From a bacterium (lineage in GTDB: Bacteria; Patescibacteriota; Patescibacteriia; UBA1558; GWA2-36-10): a stretch of 64,000 bases of DNA. The translations under genes were made by a program, and so were the position numbers. Shown here in pieces: positions 38,016 to 48,430 of this stretch; the first letter of the stretch is position 1, and every line of letters begins with the position of its first letter. The stretch spans positions 3,433 through 67,432 of the forward strand of contig JABIAL010000016.1 of assembly GCA_018653315.1 (NCBI GenBank), written 5' to 3'. The notes under the pieces are model-generated. The model searched no databases. It worked only from the letters and a program-made list of their open reading frames with translations, and was not told the origin of the DNA.

Positions 38016-40700
38016 ATGAGCAAAACAAAAATTGTTTGGCATAGTTTGGATATCAGTAAAATACTCCAAACTTTAAATACTAAGAAAACTGGCCTGTCGT
38101 CTAAAGAGGCTAGCCAGAGAAATGAAAAATATGGATTAAATATTTTAGCCCAAGCTAAGAAGTTTTCAGCTTGGCGTTTATTTTTTTCTCAGTTTAAAAG
38201 TGCTTTAGTTTATGTACTGTTAATAGCTGGCTTGGTTAGTTTTATTTTTGGTGAGTTTGTTGATGCCTATGTTATTTTTGCAGCTGTTGGTCTAAATGTG
38301 GCTATTGGTTTTTGGCAAGAAAAAAAGGCTAATAGATCTTTAGAGCAATTAAGTAAAGTTGTTAAAAAAGAAGCAATTGTTTTGCGAGATGGTCATGAGA
38401 TAAAAGTAGAAGCTAGGTATTTAGTAGCTGGAGATATTATTTTATTACAAGCTGGTGATCGAGTGCCAGCAGACGGAAGATTGTTGTCTATAAACAACCT
38501 TAAGGTAAATGAAGCAACTTTGACTGGTGAATCTTGGCCAATAGAAAAAGAACTTAAACCATTAGATAAAGGAACTGTTTTAGCGGAAAGGGATAATTCA
38601 GTTTTCATGGGTACTTTGGCAGTAGAAGGCAGAGGATTAGCCGTAATTACCCACATTGGCGTTGATACTGAAATTGGTAAAATCACTACCATGCTCAAAG
38701 AAACAGATGACGAGCAGACACCTTTGCAGAAAAATTTAGATAGTTTTGCTAAAAATATTACGAAAATTATAGTTTTAATTGCCATGACTGTTTTCTTTTT
38801 GGGGTTAATAGAAGGTCAGTCAATGTTAGAAATGTTTACTGTAGCGATAGCTTTAGCGGTATCTGCTATTCCAGAAGGTTTGGTGATCGGTGTAACAATG
38901 ATTTTGACTATGGGCATGCGGCGTATTTTGCAGAACAATGGCTTGGTGCGTAAATTAGTATCTGCTGAGACACTTGGTTCCACTACTCTAATATGTACAG
39001 ATAAAACCGGCACCTTGACTGAAGGTGAAATGCGAGTAACAAAAATTGCTACTAATAAGCATTTAATAGATTTGGCTACTAACTCTCTAAAAGATGAGGC
39101 AAAGGATAAAGAAATTGAAAAGTTATTAGAGATTGCTACTTTATGTAATGATTCTAGTGTTCAAAATATTGATGATGGTTTTGAAGATTGGGTAGTCTTA
39201 GGCAGTCCAACTGAAAAAGCTTTATTGTTATTTAGTGGCTCACAACATAATTTAGATGATTTGCAACGTCGTTATCGTCGGAAAGACGAAATTCCTTTTG
39301 ATTCTCGTTATAAGTACATGGTGACACGACATAGTTATGATAACCGTCATGATATTATTTTTATCAAAGGAGCCCCAGAAAAGATATTAGAATTTTCTTC
39401 TTCTTATCTAAACAATAATAAGAAAAGTAATTTAACAGAGGCTAAGGCAGAGGCTTTTAATAAGACGCTAGAAGATTTTAGTAAAGACGGTTTACGTGTT
39501 TTAGCCGGTGCATATAAATTAATTCCAAAAAAATACCCAGATATAAAATCATGTGAAGACGATCCTTTTGATCTGACTTTTGTTGGTTTATGGGGTTTGT
39601 CTGATCCTTTACGTCCAGAAACCAAAGAAACATTAGACGCAGCCTTGAAAGCGGGCATCCGCACTATTATTATTACTGGGGATAATAAATTTACTGCTAA
39701 AAAAATTGCTTCTGATTTAGGTTTAAAGGTACAGGCAGCTAATATTTTGAGTGGAGATGATTTATTAAAGATTAGTGATGAAGAGCTAGATAAAAGAATC
39801 AAAAACATCCAAGTTTATGCTCGAGTTACTTCAGCCGATAAATTACGAATTATAAAAGCTTGGCAAAAGCGAGGAGAGATAGTTTCGATGACTGGCGATG
39901 GAGTTAATGATGCTCCAGCTTTGAAGGCAGCTGACATTGGTGTGGTAGTTTCTTCTGGATCTGATGTAGCCAAAGAGGTAGCTGATTTGGTTTTGTTGGA
40001 TAATAATTTTAAAACTATAGTGACCGCTATTAAACAAGGGCGGGTTATTTTCGATAACGTACGTAAAGTTATGTTGTATTTGTTATCAGATAGTTTTTCA
40101 GAAATTATTATTATTGTGGTGGCGATGCTTTTAGGTTGGCCTTTACCAATTATTACTGCTCAGATTTTGTGGATAAATTTAGTTAGTGATGGTTTACCGA
40201 ATTTAGCCTTGACCATGGAACCAGAAGATGAAGAGGTGATGAAAGATAGACGGGGAGCCAAGTTTAAGTCTTTGCTTAATTTTGAGGGTAAATTTTTAAT
40301 TGGGGCAATTAGTATTATTACTGCTATGGCTAGCCTAGCTCTCTTCTGGTTTTTATGGAACAGAACTGGTGATCTTGATTTAGCTAGAACAGTAGTCTTT
40401 ACAGCCTTAGGATTAGATACATTATTTTATGTATTTAGCATCCGTAATTTAAAACACAGTATTTTTACTTCACATCCTTTTCAGAATAAATATTTAAATA
40501 TGGCCGTGTTATTTGGCATAGCTTTACAAGTATCAGCTATTTATTTGCCATTTTTAAACAGAGCCCTACATACTGTTCCACTTGGTTGGACTGAATGGGA
40601 GATTATATTATTATTTTTAGTTTTGGTTATTTTAACCATTGAAATTACTAAAGCTTTATTTATACTTTATTATAAGAAACATAAAAAAAAATATGCTTAA
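38016..40700 (+). CDS. P-type cation (Ca2+-type, P2A) ATPase
   Basis: TGES, IPEGL, DKTGTLT, KGAPE, MTGDGVND, INLVSDG. Confidence 0.93.
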   Translation: MSKTKIVWHSLDISKILQTLNTKKTGLSSKEASQRNEKYGLNILAQAKKFSAWRLFFSQFKSALVYVLLIAGLVSFIFGEFVDAYVIFAAVGLNVAIGFWQEKKANRSLEQLSKVVKKEAIVLRDGHEIKVEARYLVAGDIILLQAGDRVPADGRLLSINNLKVNEATLTGESWPIEKELKPLDKGTVLAERDNSVFMGTLAVEGRGLAVITHIGVDTEIGKITTMLKETDDEQTPLQKNLDSFAKNITKIIVLIAMTVFFLGLIEGQSMLEMFTVAIALAVSAIPEGLVIGVTMILTMGMRRILQNNGLVRKLVSAETLGSTTLICTDKTGTLTEGEMRVTKIATNKHLIDLATNSLKDEAKDKEIEKLLEIATLCNDSSVQNIDDGFEDWVVLGSPTEKALLLFSGSQHNLDDLQRRYRRKDEIPFDSRYKYMVTRHSYDNRHDIIFIKGAPEKILEFSSSYLNNNKKSNLTEAKAEAFNKTLEDFSKDGLRVLAGAYKLIPKKYPDIKSCEDDPFDLTFVGLWGLSDPLRPETKETLDAALKAGIRTIIITGDNKFTAKKIASDLGLKVQAANILSGDDLLKISDEELDKRIKNIQVYARVTSADKLRIIKAWQKRGEIVSMTGDGVNDAPALKAADIGVVVSSGSDVAKEVADLVLLDNNFKTIVTAIKQGRVIFDNVRKVMLYLLSDSFSEIIIIVVAMLLGWPLPIITAQILWINLVSDGLPNLALTMEPEDEEVMKDRRGAKFKSLLNFEGKFLIGAISIITAMASLALFWFLWNRTGDLDLARTVVFTALGLDTLFYVFSIRNLKHSIFTSHPFQNKYLNMAVLFGIALQVSAIYLPFLNRALHTVPLGWTEWEIILLFLVLVILTIEITKALFILYYKKHKKKYA

Positions 40701-41394
40701 AAACAAAACAGTTTTAATTACTGGTGCCGCTAGAGGGATTGGCTGGGCAACGGCTCAGTGGTTAGCTGAGCAAGGTTTTAATTTAATTTTAATAGATAAG
40801 ACTAAAGGCGTTTGGCAAAAACAAGCAGATAAGCTAGCCAAAGATAAACAAGTTCGGGTTTTGACTTATATAATTGATTTAACCAAAGTCAGTGCTATTA
40901 AAAGATTAGCTAGTAAATTAAAGAATGTTAAAGTTGATGTTCTAGTTAACAATGCTGGTGTAGTGGTGGTCGGAGAGTTAGTGGATTATGCGGATAAGAT
41001 GATTGAATTGACTTTGGATGTAAATTTGAAAGCAATGATTTTTATAACAAAGTATCTATTGCCTAATTTGGAAAAAAATAAAGGCTTAGTTATAAATATT
41101 TCTTCGGGAGCGGGATTGGTAGGTAAAAAAGAATTTTCAGTTTATTGTGCTTCTAAGTTTGGTGTAATTGGTTTTAGTCAGGCTTTAGCTAAAGACCTAA
41201 AGAAAGTAAAAGTTTTAAGTCTTACCCCAGGAGCTACTAATACTAATTTATTTAAAAAGGCATTTAAAAAAGGCCGTAAAGCTTTGTATCAGCCAGCAGA
41301 TATCGCTTGTATTATTGGAGAGACAATTATGCATCATAAAAGATATAAAACAGGGGAGATAGTTGATCGTTGTGAACACTTAGAAAGAAAATAA
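40693..41394 (+). CDS. Short-chain dehydrogenase/reductase
   Basis: TGAARGIG, NNAG, YCASK. Start moved to ATG 40693. Confidence 0.92.
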   Translation: MLKNKTVLITGAARGIGWATAQWLAEQGFNLILIDKTKGVWQKQADKLAKDKQVRVLTYIIDLTKVSAIKRLASKLKNVKVDVLVNNAGVVVVGELVDYADKMIELTLDVNLKAMIFITKYLLPNLEKNKGLVINISSGAGLVGKKEFSVYCASKFGVIGFSQALAKDLKKVKVLSLTPGATNTNLFKKAFKKGRKALYQPADIACIIGETIMHHKRYKTGEIVDRCEHLERK

Positions 41395-41538
41395 AAAAGA
41401 ATAAAATAGAAAACCGTGTTAGTACGCGGTTTTTAGTTTGGGTTGACATATTTTAAAAAATATGTTTTAATCATATATTAGCTCTATACAACTTGATCAC
41501 TCAATAACAACACAGAAGAATAACGGAAAGGCAAGACA

Positions 41539-42375
41539 ATGAAGAACTTGATTTTTTGGCTTTGGATTTTGGTGCTTTCTTTTTCAATTGTGCAAGCAGC
41601 TGAAATAAATGCATCGACTTCACTTGATGTTTATGGCTTTGCCAGTTTGAACGCTGAGACGAATCAGGAATTTGATTATAATTGGCGCTGGGCTCGTATT
41701 GGTTTCAAAGCTCATCCTTACAGTGAGACGCTATCGGATGATTTCATGGTCAGATTTGAGTACGATCTCAGCGCTTCGGCTATGAAGTATGCCTATGCGC
41801 AGTTCGATCGTGATTGGCGTGGCGGCAAAGCTTCACTATTAGCTGGACAATACCTCAATCCAATACAGTACTTCTATCCTGGACCAGCTGGTCTACCTTT
41901 GACGCGTTGGCCAGATGCTGAAGGAAATTTTTCGGTTTACTGTCCGGGAGCAGCGCTGTGGTATGACTTTAGTCTTTTTAACTTCAAGGCAGCTACCTTT
42001 GGTCAGGGTCAATTTGCCACTACTATGAGCTTTGGCTCTTTGGCAATGGGCTGGGAAGAAAGCGTTGGACACACCGTTGTTTTGGCTGGTGATTATCTGG
42101 GCAAGTACCTGGAAAATCTTTTTATCGGTTGGGCACATTTTGATGATGATGACTTAGGTCACGCTTTCTTTGTGCAACATCACTGGAAAATCTGGCATCC
42201 ATCATTGCAGTTGTATGCTCAGTATGATTTCGGTGATCAATTACCAGAGGCCTGGTTGACCGGTTTGTCCTGGTCCTACAGCAAGAATTCGTTTGCCAAG
42301 CTATTTTACGATGCTAAGGCAGGCGATTTGGAAGGAGGTGAACTGAAAGCAGAGATTACCTTTGCCTTCGAATAG
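41539..42375 (+). CDS. Secreted beta-rich protein resembling OprO/OprP-type porins
   Basis: Signal peptide (VQA-A); RWARIGF, RFEYD, KYAYAQF and AGQY..P echo porin O/P motifs; alternating aromatic strands; ends ITFAFE. Confidence 0.55.
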   Translation: MKNLIFWLWILVLSFSIVQAAEINASTSLDVYGFASLNAETNQEFDYNWRWARIGFKAHPYSETLSDDFMVRFEYDLSASAMKYAYAQFDRDWRGGKASLLAGQYLNPIQYFYPGPAGLPLTRWPDAEGNFSVYCPGAALWYDFSLFNFKAATFGQGQFATTMSFGSLAMGWEESVGHTVVLAGDYLGKYLENLFIGWAHFDDDDLGHAFFVQHHWKIWHPSLQLYAQYDFGDQLPEAWLTGLSWSYSKNSFAKLFYDAKAGDLEGGELKAEITFAFE

Positions 42376-42394
42376 GTGAATTGTTAATTCAATG

Positions 42395-42430
42395 TCCCCG
42401 TAGCGTGCGTACGCTACGGGGGATTTTTTT
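42395..42430 (+). terminator. Intrinsic terminator
   Basis: CCCCGTAGCGT-GCGT-ACGCTACGGGG followed by T-run. Confidence 0.85.
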
Positions 42431-42492
42431 ATCTAAAAAAAACCGGCAAGTTGTATGACTCACCGGAGAGGCTATTTATTAGCCAGAGTTCT

Positions 42493-42971
42493 TTAGCCAG
42501 GGAAAGAGAAGGGGAATCCACTGCCAAGGCCGATTGCGATGACTTCAACGTGGTGTCCTTTTTTACTCTCCTTGCAACCAACGAGTTGCCAGTTTTCTCG
42601 GATAGCAGTGCTGTCTAAATCAGACATTTGCTCAAAGGTCTGGTATTGAATTGAGGCCCACATAGCATCATTTAGATACCCAGTGATCAAGTCGTTCATC
42701 CGAATGGATGTCAATAGGGTGTCATGACGCTGTTTATGTTCGCTTTTTTTGTCGTCGGCAGGGGCGTCCTCATTGTGAAATTCCCGATGGGTCGTCCTCA
42801 GCTCCTCTGCTTCATGAGCATAGTGATTACGTAGGAACAACAAGCGACGTTGTTCATCATTTCTCCTAGTAACACTTCATCATCTTCAATCTTGTTAGTC
42901 ACCGGACATTGTTCCAGATCGGTCGTGGATAATTTAGCCAATTCTTCGTTGATGCGCTTTCTGAAGCTCAT
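42493..42971 (-). pseudogene. Frameshifted orphan gene (or sequencing error)
   Basis: ATG 42971 after SD AGGAGG. The ORF (…VLLGEM) continues plausibly in the -1 frame as DEQRRLLFLRNHY… near 42860. Confidence 0.55.
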
Positions 42972-43416
42972 GCTTCCTCCTGTAATTTGTTGATTTGAGA
43001 TTATTAAATGCATGATCCTTACATGCAAAAGAACATTGATTTAGTATTTTAATACATCTATCTAGTATTGTCAATAGTAAGGGCTTGTTTAGGCTGTATA
43101 GTATAGACTATTCTATACCTTTTTATTAAAAATTAATGTTTTTATCCAATATTAAATCTATTAAAATCTGGAAATATTTAACTATTATAGTTGGTTTAAA
43201 AGTGATTGTTTTAATTAAGTTGAAGTTAAATATCGAGCTCAAATAATTATATAAAAGACATCTCTTGACAAGGTTTGATTTTTGAGGTATAGTTATATAT
43301 TAACATTTTGCCATGAAATCTAGTTTTTATCTCTTGACAATCATGGCATTTAGTGTAAGTTTATGCTATATTTACTCATTAAATAAATACATTAAAATAA
43401 ATTTAAAACCTTCATT

Positions 43417-45393
43417 ATGGAAGAACAAAAAAACACTCAATCAAACATGGACATAAAAACTCCAAATGATAGTGCGTCTATCAACACTAACGCAATAAAC
43501 AATGAACAACCTGAAGAAAGTTCTCCTAAGAAAAAGAAGTTTTTCTTTTGGTTTATAATTGCTTTAGGTCTTTTTGCTTTAATCCAAAGTATTTTGGTAT
43601 TTGGTAAAGATGATAATAAAGACGAAGTAGTAGTTGATGAACCACAGCAAACAATTATTGATGAATTAGTTATTGATGATGAAGAAGAAGAACCTGAAGA
43701 TCAATTAACTTATAACACTTATATTCCTCCAGCCCCTCTGGTGCCTGTAGAGGAAGAGATTGATTTAGTAGAATTAACAATAGATGATTGTATTGAAGCA
43801 GATATTGTTATGGCTGGTATTAATCCAGATGATATTAACGATGCTGTAGTAGAACAGTGTTTAATTCTTTGGGAGGACTTACAAGCTTTATTAGAAGATA
43901 TTGAAGATGAAGAAGTAGCTACTACTACACCTACCACCACACCAAGAAGAGGCGGTGGTTCAAGTGGGGGTGGATCTGTTACATTATCTGATGATGCTAG
44001 TTTAAATTTATTTAAGGTAGATGTCATAGATGCTTTAGTGCTTCCTGATTTAGAAGTAGAAAGTTTTGATGACGCAGGAGCTAAATTATTTGTAGATAAT
44101 CACCTCTGTTCAGATATCGAACTTAGTGCTAATCCTTGTGTTGATCAACTTAAACAGTTAGTAGGGATTTTCTTACAACCAACCGATGAAGATATTACTT
44201 ATATTAAAGTCGAGATTGAAAGACTTAGTCCATTGCCAGTAGAATTAGTTTGGGAAAATGAAGAGATTCTTCAATTGCATGAAAAAAATATTTTAGTTGG
44301 TGATATTATCATGGTAACAGTTATCGCTGAAGATGCTACTAGTCAAAATTTATATAAGCTAAGTATTTTAGGTGATGTTGTAAATGACGCTAGCTTAAGT
44401 CTATTTAATGTTGATTTCATTGATGTTTTACCTTTGGCAGGGTTACAGGTAAATAATTTCAGTGAAGAGGGAGCTAATCTGATTTTGTCAGATTATCAGT
44501 GTGAACGCTCAAGTTTTTCAAATGTCAGATGTATAAGTGAAAAAGATAATTTAACAGGTATTTTTATTGAGCCACGTGATCCAGACTTTAGTTATATTAA
44601 AGTAGAGATCAAAAGACTTAGTTTAATGCCGGTAGAGTTAGTTTGGGAAAACGAAGAGATTCTTCAATTACACACAGAAGATATTTTATTAGGTGATGTA
44701 ATTAGAGTGACTGTAGTTTCTGAAGATGGTAAGACTACAAGTTTATATAAAGTTAACATTAGCGATGAATCATTCATTGATACTTCTCTGAATAAATTTG
44801 CTATTGATAAATATGATATTCTGTCTCTAGAAAATTTAGAAATTAAAGATAAATCTGGCGCTGTATTATATATTAATGATGCAGAAGATTGTCCAGATTG
44901 GTCTGATCATGTTTGCACTACAACTAAATTGAAAGGTTTAATTGTCTCAGCTACTCAATCTGACGTGAGCTATATAGGCGTTTCGCTATTACGTGATAAA
45001 GTTTGGAAACTTTGGGAGAATGACGAAATTCATTTATTAGCCCAAGAGGAATTCTTTATTGATGACGTAGTCTTGGTAAGAGTTGTTTCCAAAAATGCTT
45101 GGCACGAAGCAATGTATAAAGTTACTATCAAAGCAGCTCCAACTGAAATAGAAGAAGTTGTAATCACACCAACTGAGCTCAAGCTTGTAAAAATCAAGCC
45201 TAGATTAGTTGGCGGTGGAGGATCTGCTCCAGCAAAGATAGAAAAAGAGCCAATTAATATTGAGCCAATTCAAATTACACCGGTAGAAAAGATTAAGAAA
45301 GTTCAGGAAAAACCAGTTATAGAAGTAAAAGAAGTGACTAGCATTGATCCAGTGATTGAAGTCAAGAAAACCGAACCAGCTATTATTGAATAA
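43417..45393 (+). CDS. Membrane-anchored acidic surface protein with 3 beta-sandwich (cadherin-like) repeats
   Basis: KKKK-TM anchor, T/G-rich linker, repeats DASL..F.VD...VTV.AED...YK. Confidence 0.75.
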   Translation: MEEQKNTQSNMDIKTPNDSASINTNAINNEQPEESSPKKKKFFFWFIIALGLFALIQSILVFGKDDNKDEVVVDEPQQTIIDELVIDDEEEEPEDQLTYNTYIPPAPLVPVEEEIDLVELTIDDCIEADIVMAGINPDDINDAVVEQCLILWEDLQALLEDIEDEEVATTTPTTTPRRGGGSSGGGSVTLSDDASLNLFKVDVIDALVLPDLEVESFDDAGAKLFVDNHLCSDIELSANPCVDQLKQLVGIFLQPTDEDITYIKVEIERLSPLPVELVWENEEILQLHEKNILVGDIIMVTVIAEDATSQNLYKLSILGDVVNDASLSLFNVDFIDVLPLAGLQVNNFSEEGANLILSDYQCERSSFSNVRCISEKDNLTGIFIEPRDPDFSYIKVEIKRLSLMPVELVWENEEILQLHTEDILLGDVIRVTVVSEDGKTTSLYKVNISDESFIDTSLNKFAIDKYDILSLENLEIKDKSGAVLYINDAEDCPDWSDHVCTTTKLKGLIVSATQSDVSYIGVSLLRDKVWKLWENDEIHLLAQEEFFIDDVVLVRVVSKNAWHEAMYKVTIKAAPTEIEEVVITPTELKLVKIKPRLVGGGGSAPAKIEKEPINIEPIQITPVEKIKKVQEKPVIEVKEVTSIDPVIEVKKTEPAIIE

Positions 45394-45404
45394 ACATTTT
45401 TTAT

Positions 45405-45443
45405 AAAACCCCGCCCTGAGCATAGTCGAAGGGCGGGGTTTTT
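45405..45443 (+). terminator. Terminator whose loop is the REP core
   Basis: AAAACCCCGCCCT-GAGCATAGTCGA-AGGGCGGGGTTTTT. Confidence 0.8.
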
Positions 45444-45509
45444 ATTTTGCTATTGTCAAGATGCTATTAAATATAGTATAATTACATCGTTAAAATTTAG
45501 ATTTTTATT

Positions 45510-48314
45510 ATGTCCAATGAACAATTTGCTGGCCAAAACGTCGGCTTTAAACAAAAGTTCACTAAGCGTCGAGTTGTAGTCACAATGTTATTTATGCTTG
45601 GTGCTTATGCAGCTATCCAAAGTGTAGTTAGTTTTGGTAAAACTGAAGACACAGTAGTTGAGCCATCTGATAAAGTGGTAAAACAAGTTGAGGTTAAGAA
45701 AGACATGCTTCATGTTGTTCCTCCAGCTCCAACAAAATTAAAAACTGACAATGAAGGTGATATTGATGTGGAATCTTACGGTTTATTTGGTTACGTGCCA
45801 AATGATAATGTTCCACTGGTCCCAGTTCCAGTAGTTGAAGTTGAAGAAGAGGAATTAGATTTAACAGACTTGACTGTTGATGACTGCATAGAAGCTGATA
45901 TTGTCATGGCTAGTATAAATCCTGAAGACATCAATGATGCTATGGTAGCGCAATGTTTGATTTTATGGGAAGATTTGCAAGATTTATTAGATGAAGTTGA
46001 TGAAGAAGTAGCTACAACAACTCCTACTACTACACCGAGAAGAGGCGGTGGTGGAGGCGGGGGTGGAACTGATAATCCTCCTGAAGAAGATCCGCTATCT
46101 ACTAATTCCGATTTAGGTATTTTCGATGTAGACAAAATAAACATTTTGCCATTTGATGGTTTGCGAGTAGCAGATTTTGATGAAGACGGCGCAACTTTGT
46201 TAGTAGACGATTATTTTTGTAAAGAAACTGAATTAACTGCTTGGCCTTGTTTTCATCCGGGTAAGCCTCTGATGGGTGTTTTTCTGGCTGCTGCTGATGA
46301 AAAGAGTAGTTATGCTAGAGTTGAGATCGAACGTAATAATCCTTTATTGTTAGAATATAGCCCAGCTAGAGTGTGGGAAAATGATGAAATCTCTAAGTTA
46401 GCAAAGGAGGAAATTTTGCCAGGCGACATCATTCGAGTGACTGCCATTGCCGAAGATGGTGTTAGTCAGAGCTTATTTAAATTAAACGTCGATGCCTTAG
46501 CCAGTGATGCTAATTTGAATATTTTTGATGTTGATTTTGTTGATGTGCTACCATTTGATGGTTTGCAAGTTAAAAAATTTGATGATCCAGGTGCCATCTT
46601 AAACATGTATAATTATCTCTGCGATCCATCTGTAGTTGGTCCAGAGCCTTGCGTGGGTGGTATTGGCGAGAGAATTACCTTGAGCGGCCTAATGCTACAA
46701 GCTAGAGATAGAAATATTAGCCATAGTAAGGTTGAAATTGAACGTAGAAGTCCATTTTCTTTTTGGGACACACCAATAAAAATCTGGGAAGGCAAAGAGA
46801 TCGACCAATTAAGAGATATGCAGATTTGGCCAGACGATATCATTAGAGTAACAATTGTTGCTGAAAATGGTCGGGCAGAAAATTTATTTAAATTGAGCGT
46901 TGTCAATCAAACAGATAATGCTGATTTAAGCCAATTTAATATTGGTACCTCTCCAGTTCTAGAGTGGCCAAATATTGAAGTGAAAGATATTAATAGTTTA
47001 GGTGCTATAGCTAATATTTGTCCAGAAAATATAAATGGTGAAGCAAGTCCTTATTTTACTTGTATTACTACTTTGGATGGAGTGTTTATCACACCAGAAG
47101 ATGAAGATGTTAGAAATATTACAGTTTCTATTTATCATGAAAATCTAATCAGTAAAGCTATATTTGTACCAGAAAAGTTTGACTTCTTTGAAGGTGAAGA
47201 AGAAATAAAACAATTAGAAAAATATCAACTTGTGCAAGACGATATGATTTTTGTGCAAGTTACAGCTGAAGATGGAGCCACAATCAAAAATTATAAAATT
47301 CAAGTTATTGAAGGTGATTATACGGAGAATGTAAGTTTGGCAGCATTTACCGTAGGTGGTATTAATGCTTTAGCCTTACCAAATGTAGAAATAGCTGGTT
47401 GGTATGACCAAGGAGCAGTAATTGAACTTTGTAATCCAACTCGTGCTACAGCTGATTGCATAGAAAGTTTAGAAGGCATTATCGTAAAAACAGAAGAAGA
47501 TACAATGTATCGCGGTGTTTATATTGAAAGAGATGGAGATGCAAATTCATTAATTTGGGTCAATGATCAAATAGATGGACTTGTAAACTTTGAAGTTTTA
47601 CCAAACGATATTATTCGTGTAGTGGTTGTAGCTAGCAATGGTAAGGCATTGGGCTTTTATAAGGTATCTGTTATATATCAAACTAGAAATGATATATTAT
47701 TATCTGAATTTACAATAGATACACATAATGCTTTGTTATTACCAGATGTAAAGATAGATAATCTTTCTGATGCTGGCGCTACATTGTTTGTACCAACAGA
47801 AGAAGTTATCCCTTGTTCATCTAATAGAGCCGAAGGTTGCACCACCATTGATCTCACTGGTATTTATGCTGCGCAGGCACTCAAAGATGTGGATATTACA
47901 GTTTATACTTTTCATGATTATTGGTCTACTTGGGTAGGTGAAGAGGGCATAGGTCAATTAGTGGATCATGAATTAGCCATTGGTGATATGGTTGCTGTGC
48001 TACTAAAGGAAGAGAATGGTTTACAGCAAACTTTATATAAAGTTACCATTGCAGAAAAGTCAGTAGAGCCTCTAGTGATCAAGAAATTCTATCCTAGCAA
48101 ATTTATTGGCGGTGGCGGATCAGTAGCACCTGTAAAGAAAAAGCCTTTAGAAGAAACAGATTTTTCTAATATTCAAGATCAGGAATTGAAAAAAGAAGAG
48201 GTTGTTAATGAGATAGAAGTGGAAAAAACTCCAGAACCACAACCTGATACTGATGATGTTAAAATAATCAAAGAGCCTATTGTTGTGAAAGAAACAGAGG
48301 AAACAGAGGAATAA
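45510..48314 (+). CDS. Paralogous surface protein with 5 beta-sandwich repeats
   Basis: Shares LT.DDCIEADIVMA.INP.DINDA.V.QCLILWEDLQ and TTTPTTTPRRGGG with 43417..45393. Confidence 0.75.
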   Translation: MSNEQFAGQNVGFKQKFTKRRVVVTMLFMLGAYAAIQSVVSFGKTEDTVVEPSDKVVKQVEVKKDMLHVVPPAPTKLKTDNEGDIDVESYGLFGYVPNDNVPLVPVPVVEVEEEELDLTDLTVDDCIEADIVMASINPEDINDAMVAQCLILWEDLQDLLDEVDEEVATTTPTTTPRRGGGGGGGGTDNPPEEDPLSTNSDLGIFDVDKINILPFDGLRVADFDEDGATLLVDDYFCKETELTAWPCFHPGKPLMGVFLAAADEKSSYARVEIERNNPLLLEYSPARVWENDEISKLAKEEILPGDIIRVTAIAEDGVSQSLFKLNVDALASDANLNIFDVDFVDVLPFDGLQVKKFDDPGAILNMYNYLCDPSVVGPEPCVGGIGERITLSGLMLQARDRNISHSKVEIERRSPFSFWDTPIKIWEGKEIDQLRDMQIWPDDIIRVTIVAENGRAENLFKLSVVNQTDNADLSQFNIGTSPVLEWPNIEVKDINSLGAIANICPENINGEASPYFTCITTLDGVFITPEDEDVRNITVSIYHENLISKAIFVPEKFDFFEGEEEIKQLEKYQLVQDDMIFVQVTAEDGATIKNYKIQVIEGDYTENVSLAAFTVGGINALALPNVEIAGWYDQGAVIELCNPTRATADCIESLEGIIVKTEEDTMYRGVYIERDGDANSLIWVNDQIDGLVNFEVLPNDIIRVVVVASNGKALGFYKVSVIYQTRNDILLSEFTIDTHNALLLPDVKIDNLSDAGATLFVPTEEVIPCSSNRAEGCTTIDLTGIYAAQALKDVDITVYTFHDYWSTWVGEEGIGQLVDHELAIGDMVAVLLKEENGLQQTLYKVTIAEKSVEPLVIKKFYPSKFIGGGGSVAPVKKKPLEETDFSNIQDQELKKEEVVNEIEVEKTPEPQPDTDDVKIIKEPIVVKETEETEE

Positions 48315-48324
48315 ATTATATTTA

Positions 48325-48358
48325 GAGCCGGCTCCCGCAATGCGGGAGCCGGTCTTTT
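48325..48358 (+). terminator. Intrinsic terminator
   Basis: CCGGCTCCCGCA-A-TGCGGGAGCCGG followed by TCTTTT. Confidence 0.8.
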
Positions 48359-48362
48359 GTTT

Positions 48363-48386
48363 GACTCTTCGACTACGCTCAGAGTC
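48363..48386. repeat. REP-like palindrome
   Basis: GACTCT-TCGAC-TA-CGCTC-AGAGTC. Confidence 0.75.
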
Positions 48387-48395
48387 TGCGCTAGC

Positions 48396-48425
48396 TTGAC
48401 AAAATTTAGCATTCCTGTTTATATA
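48396..48425 (+). promoter_or_regulatory. Sigma70 promoter of the leader-tRNA-Asn unit
   Basis: TTGACA at 48396, AT-rich -10 (TTATAT/TATATA) at about 48419-48425; predicted +1 at or next to the leader ATG. Confidence 0.6.
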
Positions 48426-48430
48426 TAGAT

